Below, piece after piece: positions 26,701 through 37,099 of a stretch of DNA of 64,000 bases. Origin of the DNA: Daphnia carinata (Eukaryota); NCBI RefSeq assembly GCF_022539665.2, contig NC_081332.1, positions 1,860,001-1,924,000 on the forward strand. Direction: 5' to 3'. Within the stretch, counting starts at the first letter, position 1, and each line of letters opens with the position of its first letter. The position numbers and the translations under genes are program-made. The notes beneath the pieces are model-generated. The model did not search any database. It saw only the letters and a list, made by a program, of their open reading frames with translations, and was not told the origin of the DNA.

Positions 26701-26902
26701 GCTGTTAAAATTCCTCAGCTTTACTGTGAATTCATTGATTTAAAATCGTAAGACCCTCATCACCATTTTTTTTAAATTTTATTTAAATGCCCGTTGTCCG
26801 TTTTCTGTTTGGCCAGCAGGTTTCTCGTCGATGTACCCCAACCCGATGCCAACCTGCAATTACGGATTGGCGTCGCTTCGCTACTCTGGCGGTATCAACT
26901 AG
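21881..26902 (+). CDS. Prrx: Paired-like (Q50) homeodomain transcription factor, Prrx family
   Basis: Homeodomain [63 protein letters not shown], with the typical PRD-class intron between Q and V (23106-25912). eh1-like KRFSVTRLI. Poly-H/N/Q/A tracts. Exons at about 21881-22730, 22800-23105, 25913-26165, 26289-26417, 26817/26820-26902. The last exon is the least certain. Confidence 0.9.
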
Positions 26903-27442
26903 ACACAAACTCTCCCTACGAGTTAAGTAAAAATTTGACAAACCAAATGAAACAAGATCGATAAACAAAAAACAAAAAAAAAAAAAATTACGACGTTATG
27001 CAATTTATAGATACTTGTTGCTGTATTGACGGATATATTTTTTTTTTTCGTTTGATTTTATTCCCCCCCCCCCACCCCTTCCGCCAAATGTTTTTTTTTT
27101 TCTCTCTTCCCCCTTTGATTATTATAACATTGTTGATAATTCTTTGGCCTTGGCACACAACGACAGAGGGAAAACAAATCCTTCATTTTCTTTTCAAATC
27201 TTGTCATTCTCTTGTCTCGTTGTGTGTTCCTTTTTTTTTAATTATTATTATTACAAAAATTGGCATATACAAAATACACTACATCATGCGCGTCGTCGTG
27301 ATTGCTGGAATGACTAGGTGTCCGATGATGTAAAAGAAAGCAGTTTTAAAAAGCCAATGGAGAAAGAAAAAGAGATCTTCAAATCTTGAATCTCTTTCTC
27401 TTTTTACCTTTGCGCAATTCTTTTATTTAATTTTTTTTTTTT

Positions 27443-29769
27443 TTAGTCATCCCAATTCCAGCCATCAACATCGTCTTTCTCCTCTTGCGATTGCACGTTG
27501 AAATCCAATCCGTTGGATACGGTCGGCACGGCCATCGGTTCGGCTACCGGAGCGAAAATGGCCGGAGTGGACGTGATCGTCGGTTCCATGTCGGCGAAGT
27601 AATCGATCTCGTCTTCGCGCGATTTGATTTGAATTTCAAGCGCCGACAAGTCGCTCACCAGCGGCTTCTTGGTCGTGGCTCTCGCTGGACTCTGCAGCTC
27701 TTGTTTCCTTCCAGGCAAAGAAGAAGAAGCCAAGGTTGAATCGAAGGGCACAAGTGGATTCGATCCTTCATCTTTATCGTCTTCGCAAACTTCTTCTTCT
27801 TCTTCAGCTTCCCAATCGGACCAGTGCTCATCCGCGTCCGTCTTCTCCAGCAGAGAATGGACCCCGTCTTCTCCCCCATCGGGTTCGTGACGTTCGGGTA
27901 GCGCTCGAACGTGGACCACGGCGTTGGCATTCGATTTCTTCCTGACCATTTCCAGGACTTTGGCTGGTCGCATTTCACTTTCCTGGAGAGAGTTAAAAAA
28001 AAAAAAAACCACAGATCAACGTGTGTGCGTTGTAGTTTTTTTTTTTTTTTTTTTTGGCTATTTACCTTGGGCATCCCATTGGTGAACAGTTTGAGTCTCG
28101 TACCACCGATAACGGTGGATCCGCCGAGGATGGGAACAAGGCAAGCCAAAGCTTTCAAGGTGGCCGCCACGACCGTGTCGTCTGTGTCTTTGATGCCTAA
28201 AAGCAACTGGCAGCAAAAATTCAAAATGGGATGAGAGGATTATGTAGGACGTGGAAGGCCAGTTAACAAGAGGGGATCGCATAACGCTGCTCGTATACCT
28301 CTGGAAGGATGTTATGAACGAGATGGTCTGATTCCATCAGACCGACAAAGTGTGGGAAGTAGTGGAGCAGGACCAGCCTAATCTGTGCGTCTCTCACAGG
28401 GAAGATACGCGACACGACTGGCAGGACAAACAGCCGGTAGTTGGAGGTGTCAAATAACCCTTGCGTCGAATCTGTAAAAGAAAATGGTTCATTCTTTAAC
28501 GAACTTGTCTTGCTGTCATACAACGGGGGATTTTGTTGTCTGGCTCACATCTTACCTGTTCTGGGGATCAATAGGTGAGGTAGAAGATGTTGCTGAGCGG
28601 CCACGTTAAGCACTACCAAGCGGCTAAGTAGAGAGCTGGCCAATTTGGAGCCGACTACGCTTTCTGGCGTCGAGTACAGTAGCGTCGGTAAGTCCCTTCG
28701 AAATGAAAGCAAAACCGGTTACAGATGATGCGAATAAATCATGTAAACTTTTGTTGATTTACCTGAAAAATTCTTCCTTTTCTTTTTGGGATTTGATGGA
28801 AATTTGAGCTAGAAATTCTTGGGCATGCAAAGGAGGCTGGTCAAAGAATTTATGTCTCGATAGAACTGAAGCAGTTGGACGCGATTGCGGCGTGACACTT
28901 TGCATCTGCTTATTGGCTAAATCGCGGAAGACATCGGCGTCGGTAACGCCAGATTCCACGCACTTGCTTACGGTCTCTTTGACAAGTTGTCCGAAGGCGA
29001 AGATATCTCTTGACGAAACGTTGTCACCACGGAGCAATTTAGTTTTCTTTTCATCTTCCGGGGCGATGGCCTTTTCGTATCGAAAAGATCTAATCTGATC
29101 TAGAAAACCTTCAGTCACCTCAGCAAAACTATGGAAGATCAATTGGTTGTATTACAAATTGGATTTTTAGATGTTGTACGCTTATCATACCTGCAGGAAA
29201 GATCAAAATAGCCCAACTTCCAGTCTCCTCCGGTAGTGACGAATATTGCATCTTTGCAAAGGTTGTTATGCACTATATTAGCCTGCTTACAGGAATATAT
29301 TTGTTACTGGTTATTTAAAGCCAAACCAATCAATGGCAGTACCTTGGAATGTATGAAATCAAGAGCTGAGAGAATATTCTGTAATCCACAGCATATTTCC
29401 AATTCAGTTTGCTGTAGCAGGACTTGGTTCAGAGGTGTGACATACTCAACAAAAAGATGGACAGTTTCACCTGCTATACATGAATTCAAGTACTTGAGGA
29501 TTGACGGATGTCTCAACGTTTTCAATCTCTGTTCCAAAGGAGAGGCTCAATAGACAAATTCTTTTAATAAAGCTAATTTATCGAACCTCAACCGCACGTT
29601 GGAATTCCTTGCTAAGTTGGCCGTAACTTTTTAATTTTCCTGTAAAAACGGACACCTTTTCACTTTCTGAATTCTTTTTTGTGGCAGAATGTAATGTCCA
29701 AGGTCCTAACTGGGCATAATGTGCATCGTTAACCTGATATTCAGACAAAACACTTGAATCGTTCCCCAT
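27443..29769 (-). CDS. SCYL3: SCY1-like pseudokinase 3 (PACE-1)
   Basis: MG N-terminus; [35 protein letters not shown]...GDWKLG; HEAT-repeat region ([17 protein letters not shown]); C-terminal DYFADMEP and GWNWDD. Confidence 0.9.
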
Positions 29770-30129
29770 TCTAAATGTCTCATTAAAACTAACGCAAGGT
29801 GACTTAAACTATTACTTCACGAAGTGCTACACAAACACAAGTCACCTGTCAGTTCTATCGGATTTTGGCGGGACATCTAACGGTCAATTTTTGAAGTTGT
29901 TGAAACATTTGGTTCGTCTGCTCTATTTGTTAAAATAGTTAAAATTGTGCCAGTTATTGGAAGGTTGTGCTCAAAGCATGCTTAAAGCAACGTTACACGG
30001 TTAGTTACGACAGAGCTACAATCATGTGTAATGGTGTACACGAGTGATTCGGCATCATTCGACTGAAAAAGTCATAAAGGCATAACATACGAACATTTCA
30101 TCCAGAAACTGTTTTCCGTCTAACTAATC
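29770..30129. promoter_or_regulatory. Probable bidirectional promoter of SCYL3 and ETFBKMT
   Basis: Head-to-head start codons about 360 bp apart; contains TCGTCTGCT at 29914. Confidence 0.55.
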
Positions 30130-31021
30130 ATGAATCTGTTTAAGCCTCATCGTCTGCGGCTTTACCGCGACGGAGTTATGTTTTCTGAAAGAAATGTATC
30201 TCAGCGAAGTCATTCGTACTCAAATTATCGAGAGTTAATAGAGAGTTACACTGCTATCTCTGATAAACATTTGACTCCAGAAATCAAACTGAGGCTAATT
30301 ACACGTGAATGTCATGCATGGAACGAACCAGTTGAAAACAACTCCAAGCATCCACTAGGTGAGCCATTTTGGGCATTCTACTGGCCAGGAGGACAAGCAC
30401 TTTCTAGGTATGGCTATTGGATCTTAGTAACATGTAATTTCGTATGGCAATCATACACTTAAAGCAATTTACAGTGACATTATAGAAAATTAGGTATATT
30501 CTAGATAACCCTTCAGTAACCAGAGGAAAACGTGTGCTGGATTTCGGATCTGGAAGTGGGGCACTTTCTATTGCTGCATTGAAATCAGGAGCCAAGTCAG
30601 CAGTAGCAAACGATATAGATCACAGTCAGTGGAAAAGTTGATACTATTTTTCCAAACAAATATTTGAAATATGCTTCTATTTTTAGTGGCCATTGCAGCT
30701 TCACAGTTGAATGCACAGATCAACGCAGTTGACCTGAAATTCAGCGAGGACAATTTAATCGGCAGTGATTGCATGGATTATGATTTAATTCTTGTCGGAG
30801 ACATGCTATATGATACAACTCTCTCGAATTCTATAGCAACTTGGTTACTGAACCTCCGCTCGGCCAACAAGAAAGTTCTTGTCGGTGATCCTGGTCGAGG
30901 ACCTGTTGGTACCTCATCCGTATTGGCCCAGTTGTGTCGCCTTGCAAAATACGAACTGGATACAGTCACCAAAAGAGACAATTATGGATTTCATCAAGCT
31001 CATGTCTTTACCCTTCTTTAA
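30130..31021 (+). CDS. ETFBKMT: Electron transfer flavoprotein beta lysine methyltransferase (METTL20)
   Basis: LTPEIKLRL, PFWAFYWPGGQALSRYILDNP, VLDFGSGSG (SAM motif I), ANDID, DLILVGDMLYD, VLVGDPGR; three exons. Confidence 0.92.
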
Positions 31022-31030
31022 CAATGTTTC

Positions 31031-32195
31031 TCAAGCATGCACCACAGTGTAGTAAGTTGAAAACATTTCTGTATCAACTGCAATGTCCTTCACAGCAACG
31101 AGTGCTACGAGCCTCAAAAAATCTGCCCGATTCCATTCTGAAGAGCTATAATAGATATTTGGCAGGTAGCGTCTCAACTCAATTGGAAACCTATCCAGTG
31201 GAAGATCACACTCTTGATAGGCGACGTTGCAGGGAAAATCTAATAAAACATCACAAACGTAACCGTGTGCATTGAATCAGAATGTGAGGATTTCGAAGGT
31301 ATGTGCACGTATGATTTACCTGGTGTCTCATTATTAACATATTGTCCACAGTTAAGGGGATTGATAAGGTCTCCTGTTAACCAGCTTAAATCAGCAGGAA
31401 AGAAAGGCCAACGCAGATCTCGGTGTACACAAGACCTGTTTTCGTTACAAAATTATACTCATTAAACGATAGTCCAGGGTGCTATGGCACCCTTTCGGCA
31501 TACGTATTTTCTACTTGAAAATCATGCGCGAAATACCGCTGTCCTTCCCGTCCAGGTGCAGTCCGTCAATACAACGGAAAATGAACGGATTGCCAATCGA
31601 TTGTAGAAGCAAAGGTTCTGTACCTCTATAAATGGTCCCTGAAAAAAGAAAAAAATTATTATCCAAACATGTTGCAAATTTCAGCCCTTTCATTGGCAAT
31701 AAAAACCTGGATAAAAAGCAACTATAGACCCTGCTGCAACAATGCCATGAGTCACAAAAACTCCCATGCCAGCCCCAGGTATAGTACTTTTTTTTAGCTG
31801 AACAGTGTAGCCGAACATGCTTTCCATTACCTAGACAAAGGAAATCTAAGCTGGTTAAATTACAAACTATTGCTTTTTTTTTAATGAGTAAACTGGGATC
31901 TACCTTCAGTGATTCTATTGGTTTCTTCTTTGCAAGCCCATTACTTAAGTTTTCATGTAGAGATGCAGAAAAATGAAATAATGTGCTAATAATGGCATCA
32001 TCTGAAACAATTTTGTCATCTACTTTGCCCACTGAACGATGGCTTCTGAACAATGCGTGAACCAGTTAAACTTCAAGCTTTGAAGTAAAATAGAAGAGTT
32101 CCGTACTTCTCTTTTAAGTTGAGCGCAATCCATGGAACAAATCGAAAGCGGTACGACAACCATTTTTTTCTCACCAAATGCCAGAATCCTTTCAT
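31031..32195 (-). CDS. SETD9: SET domain-containing protein 9 (C5orf35)
   Basis: Spliced: MKGFWHLVRKKWLSYRFRFVPWIALNL...STIPGAGMGVFVT...FYPGTIY...QSIGNPFIFRCIDG...NPLNCGQYVNN...NVAYQE...FPIELRRYLPNI...EMFSTYYTVV. These match hallmark SETD9 blocks. Confidence 0.93.
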
Positions 32196-32746
32196 AATTT
32201 CGTGTTGGCAATGGTGGACAATACACAGTTCGCTATACTGAACTATAACTTAACCACACGACGACCATAGAAAATAAAAGTGAAAAAAAGATATGACTAG
32301 TATTAAATTTAAATATCAGAATTGAAAACAAAGTGTTATTTCGTCTGCTTACACAAAAGGTTGCCAAACCCATATTTTTAGACGATCTCATCGTTTCTCT
32401 TAATTTCTTGGAGAACTCGACTACAGGAAAAATTAAAATCTAAGTCGGAAATTTAATTGTAAACTATTTTTATTATTAGAATTATTATTCTTCTTCTCTA
32501 CAGTGGCAGATCGAATTTACAGTATTGCTCTTCGTCGAGATTACTCTTCAAAGGGCGGAAAAACAACGTACAGTCAAAGGTTTTGACTTTGAAGTTAATA
32601 GTACGTTACGCATAAATTTTGTATACCTTAAATCAGCAACACGAAACGAGGCCTCAGTTAACCTGAACAGCCAGTTGTAGAACAGCTGTTTACCGATCAA
32701 AAATTCTAAACTATAATATGGTGGTCCCAACACGCTGCTTATTGTA

Positions 32747-32818
32747 TCCCATATGGTCTAGTGGCTAGGATACTTGGCTTTCACCCAAGAGGCTCGGGTT
32801 CGATTCCCGGTATGGGAA
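32747..32818 (+). tRNA. tRNA-Glu (anticodon TTC)
   Basis: TCCCATA/TATGGGA acceptor stem, CTTGG-ctTTCac-CCAAG anticodon arm, GGTTCGATTCC B box, followed by a T-run Pol III terminator. Confidence 0.96.
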
Positions 32819-33000
32819 GTTTTTTCTTCAAAATTCTGGCTAATTTTGCAGTCAGATTTTATACGAAAACATTCAGTTCATTTATATTTTAAAATCTATA
32901 AGCCCAATCTAAAAAAACTTTAATTTTCTTGATTGTTGTTTAATTTTTAATCTAGTTCATATCGTTTTTCCCATATTTGTAAAAGAAAAAAAAATATTGA

Positions 33001-33263
33001 AAAGTCGGGCTTATTTTGTCGGGCTTATTTTTCAAAATCCGTAAAATTGGGAATCTTCCAAAATTTCCTATTATAACGCAAAATTTAACGCTGATTTCGA
33101 AAAATGAACTTATTTTTATGTCAAACTTATATGGCAATCCGTTTATCCCAAAAATTAAAAAAAATATCGGCCTTTTTTTCTGATTGACTGCTCTCGCCAC
33201 CTCGCGGTCAGATTTCTAGGTAATTCTTTACATACATTCACCGAATTTTTCTGCTGCATCGTG
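33001..33263. mobile_element. Dispersed repeat / probable non-autonomous transposon fragment
   Basis: 33001-33115 is a direct homologue of 36944-37072; 33131-33180 is an inverted homologue of 36895-36942; 33170-33263 is an inverted homologue of 8287-8370. Confidence 0.65.
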
Positions 33264-34637
33264 CTAGTGTTGCAGTGCACTTTGCGGTTGCCAAACGTCT
33301 ATTTCGTCATACTGTGGTTTCACCACATCTGCCATTTGTAGCAATTGTAGATATTGTCCATAATAAGTTTTCATGTTTACATTCTTGCCAGTGCTGCTCC
33401 TTTTTTTTGTCACAACCGCTTGTTTCAGCTGTTCCAAGTATTGAAGCATTACTTATGCAAGTACTTAGAGAGGGCTGCCCATCACAAAAGAAGAGCTCAT
33501 CATGGTATGTTATGAAATAAATAGATTTTTAAAGAAACAAAACTTTTTAACCTCTCCTGTTCCTCATAGATGCTGTGATGGTATGTTTGCAAAACTGGGA
33601 AAAATTCTGTGCTATGGTGGCCTTAAGTATGTGCTCAACACTTTGAAAAATGTGAACAGCAAAAACAGTTGGTCAGAATTCCAAACGTCAAAAGTTACTT
33701 ATTTCTGGAAAATCAGTTAATCTACATCCTTATTTTCTGCTGTTCCATCAGTCACTATCCAGTGTGTTTGGACAGCGGACACATTCTTGAATCAGACTGC
33801 TTCAGTTTATATCGAAGATGTATTGCTTGTCATGCCCTGTGACCAACTTCACAGGACTATGTTGTAAGTTAGTATCACTTTACAAAGCCAAATAGGTGTA
33901 ACAAAATGCAATTTTGTAAATTTTTTATACAGAATTATTTTACTGCTTTGTTTTTTGTTGTACATTGTACAGCAAATTTAGATTACATGCCCACTATGAA
34001 AGAGATCAAGTATATTACCGAAATTGACTATCTCAATTCGCGACTTCCAAACTCATCCTCAGTCTGTCATTCTGATGCAGGGGTCCTGAAAGAAGTTGGA
34101 ACGTTTTGAACCGTCTCAGCCAATAAGTGTGTCTGTTTTTTTGTGCCGGGAAACCCATTATTATAACTAACTAAATTGCCATTTATTGTGTTATTTCCAT
34201 AGGTATTAGAAAATAGGTAGTCGCTTAATGATTAGTTTCTTCGCTGCCCGTCAACTTACCATCCAAGCAAGCACTATGTCTGTCAAACCATTAGTTGAAT
34301 ACAGTTAATACCAGTAGTTCACCAAAACAAGAGGTAAAGAAGGATTGCACCAATCCTTATTGAATATATATTGATAGGCAAATGTTTAAAAATTGATTTA
34401 TGTTTCATTTCTTCAAATAGGTTAAAAATCATACTGAACCAAAAGAGGTATCTAGTCGAACCAAATTTCATAATGATAACAGTTGGAAGCCCCCAGGAAT
34501 TTTTGAAAAATGCTTCCTGCCCATTACCTTCAGTCGTTGCTGCGGCCCGAAAACAAAGTATTAAAATTTATATAAATTGAAGTGCATATCTGGGCTCCCT
34601 TCTTTTCTGTGGCCCCGTTTCCCTTAAATTTTTAATA

Positions 34638-34900
34638 AGCCCGTAGGGGGTCAGCCCCTACTGTGATCAGCAGTAAACGGTTGTGAGTGCGCTGTCCGGA
34701 AAGGGGACGTGGGGGTCCCCATGGTTCGATGATATCATTGGAGGGCTGTGGGGCTACCCAAAAATCCGAATTAACGGTTAATCGCTCACGTAAAAGCTTG
34801 TCCGCGACCTTCGCTCTTCTTCCGGCTTCTCTTAGCCACGCACCGGGTAATCTCCCCGGTGAGTCAACTGAGGTAGTGTCTCCCCCTACCTTGGTTGACA
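34638..34900. other. GC-rich multi-hairpin element of unknown class
   Basis: Hairpins gtagggg/cccctac, ggggac/gtcccc, caccggg/cccggtg and gtcaac-tgaggtag/ctacctt-ggttgac, set in AT-rich flanks. Confidence 0.5.
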
Positions 34901-35294
34901 GCAACTTTGAAATCGGCTATTTTGCCCTTTCAAAGTTGCACGTCTTTATATTGTGCAGAAGTATTGTCAATACAAATTCTTAAAAAAAATTACAGATCTT
35001 GTCTTTTTTTACTGTCGTGGTGTTTCTCTGCAATTTTCACTATTGTGAACAATTCCTTATTTATATCACAATGTCATTTTATTGACGTATACGTTATATT
35101 TTCAATTTTTGCTGTTCCCAATCATGGAAGAATATTTCTTTGATAGACGACTTAATTGTTTATTTAACGTTGCACTTTTATCTCACTTCATGGAGATTTT
35201 ACAACTTTGAGTGCATTAATGATATTAATTTGTATACATGCATTGTATATCTCATTTGACATTTTAAGTTATATATATTTATTTTATTTCATTT

Positions 35295-35366
35295 TGACTC
35301 TTTAGGGGATTGAACCCTTGATTTCTGGCGTGCGACGCCGATGCTCAACCATAGAGCCATGAGTCT
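35295..35366 (-). pseudogene. Decayed tRNA-like sequence (CGC at the anticodon position, Ala-like) or SINE head
   Basis: Reverse complement: gactca-TGGCTCTATGG (A box)-ttgagc-a-tcggc-gtCGCac-gccag-...-GGTTCAATCC (B box)-...gagtc; stems carry mismatches. Confidence 0.6.
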
Positions 35367-35561
35367 TGTAAATTAGGTAACTATTTTTCCATGTCTTTTA
35401 AAGGAGACCTATTTGCACTTGTAATAATATTGTTGTGCGTCCCAACGCAATTTAATATTTCCGTCTCGGAATGTCACCTATAAATACAATAGTGTGATTC
35501 ATTTTTTGTACAAAGAAATATTGTCTACAGTGGGAACCATACCTCAATTCTCAGGCACAGA

Positions 35562-35628
35562 GGATCCAGACGCGACTCGAACTCTTGACTTTCGATTCCC
35601 GTAGTCAGACGCTCTACCTCAGAGCTAT
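35562..35628 (-). pseudogene. Decayed tRNA-like sequence (Arg-ACG-like) or SINE head
   Basis: Reverse complement: TAGCTCTGAGGTAGAGC-gtctgactACGgga...GAGTTCGAGTC. A and B boxes and the D arm are visible; the acceptor stem is lost. Confidence 0.55.
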
Positions 35629-36070
35629 TATTATGATGACATTCCCGTATCGTGCTAGTATGATACAGCGTAACGTAAAATAAGAAAAAGTCTTCTTTTT
35701 AATCCTGACTGTACATCAGATGGGCGTGCATGATAAGGTTATAATAATAGCACGAGGTATATCTTCATGCTATGATCTATACTTATCAGGTATACCTTCC
35801 CATTAGTGTGATACATAATGCTAGTAGTTTCTGTTAACGAAGTAGTGTTATAAGTATATGCAACCCGCGTTATCAACCAATAGTGAAATAACAAAACAAA
35901 CACGAAAAAAGCCGCTACCTCATTTCGTTTATGATCAAAATGCTTAGGATGTTTGGAATATTAATGTTCATTTAATACTTTTTGCCAAGTTGAAAAAAAA
36001 AAATTACCGGAAGTGACCGGAAGTAGCCTATATCTCCAGAAATACTGGGCCAACAACAAAACGAATATGA

Positions 36071-36261
36071 TTTTCGTGATCCTCGTGAAATTTAAGGTGT
36101 GTCTGACCTATTTTGACCTGTTTTTGGCGAAAAGTCCAATTTGGCCAAAATCGCGATTTTTCCTGAACTATAGTTCAGGGAAATTTGCGATTTTTGACGA
36201 TTTTCGGGTATTTTCTACTGACACATGGATTCGACCCCAAATTTCACGAGGATTACGAAAA
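36071..36261. mobile_element. Imperfect palindromic (foldback/MITE-like) element
   Basis: Outer arms ttttcgtgatcctcgtgaaattt / aaatttcacgaggattacgaaaa, inner arms aaaatcgcg / tgcgatttt, and a perfect core cctgaactatagttcagg centred at 36170/36171. Confidence 0.7.
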
Positions 36262-36894
36262 TGTGGTTTTTTTTTCATTCAGACCAATAGATAGTGAGTT
36301 ATTAGGCATTTTCAAACCGGAAGTTATCTTGAAAGTTAAAATTTCGAAAATTTAAAAAATGAACTATGTTCTCCTTTACAAGTTACAAAAGATCTGCGTA
36401 GTTTCAAACGTAAACTATAGTAAATTAACATAACATGGCCTTTCAAAGTTCTTAAAGTTCAATTTTAAGATACAACCTGTATACCACTTCAAAGCTTTAA
36501 AGGTTTATTTCAATAAAAAAATCTTCTGTTACAGACTGTGAATATTTTGTTGCATTGAGAAATGAATGCTACCACGCTTGTAACAATGGCTTAATCCAGA
36601 ATGATACAACATGAGACCTGGTTTTGCTAAAGTACGTTAATATTACCTTGTTCTATGCCCAACAGCTTACACTTTGTGTTGGTAACGAAGCAGCGTAAAA
36701 TTTGCACATCACTAATAGGGGTGGAGGTAAAAACAACAAGCTATTCCGATCAAGTAAACTCAAATAGACGCTTTCAACGTAACAACAAAGTCAACAATGA
36801 GAATCACATGTCAAAAAATAGTTTTAATTTTAGCCGCTAGAGGCTGGTGAACTTGCAGCGCCGTCCACGGGAAATTATGTTCCTTCCGAAACGG

Positions 36895-37072
36895 AAAAAA
36901 AGGCCGATATTTTTTTTTTTCTTGGGTAAAACGGATTGCCATAAAAGTCGGGCTTATTTTGTCGTCGGCCTTATTTTTCAAAATCGGCAAAAGTGGAAAT
37001 CTTCCGGAATTTGATCAAAATCCCCTATTATAATGCAAAATTTAACGCTGATTTCGAAAAATGCATTTATTT
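36895..37072. mobile_element. Second copy of the dispersed repeat seen at about 33.0-33.2 kb
   Basis: Shares aaagtcgggcttatttt...ctattataa.gcaaaatttaacgctgatttcgaaaaatg with 33001-33115. Confidence 0.65.
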
Positions 37073-37099
37073 CATTTTCGTTTTTAACCTAACTGCATT

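Noticed and set aside
31511..32226. ORF-track proteins 31511-32053 and 32020-32226 as stand-alone genes
   Set aside because: They are intron read-throughs or wrong-frame pieces of the spliced SETD9 gene.
34869..34890. let-7-like TGAGGTAG in a hairpin
   Set aside because: Only the first 9 nt agree with let-7, and the hairpin (about 37 nt) is too short for a pre-miRNA.
34609..34900. Solo LTR (TG...CA)
   Set aside because: I could not find a matching target-site duplication or terminal inverted repeat; left open rather than called.
34632..34983. RNase MRP/P RNA, group II intron, or protein-coding interpretation of the GC-rich element
   Set aside because: No GAAAGUCCCC-type CR-I, no domain V, and the short ORFs on both strands resemble no family I know.
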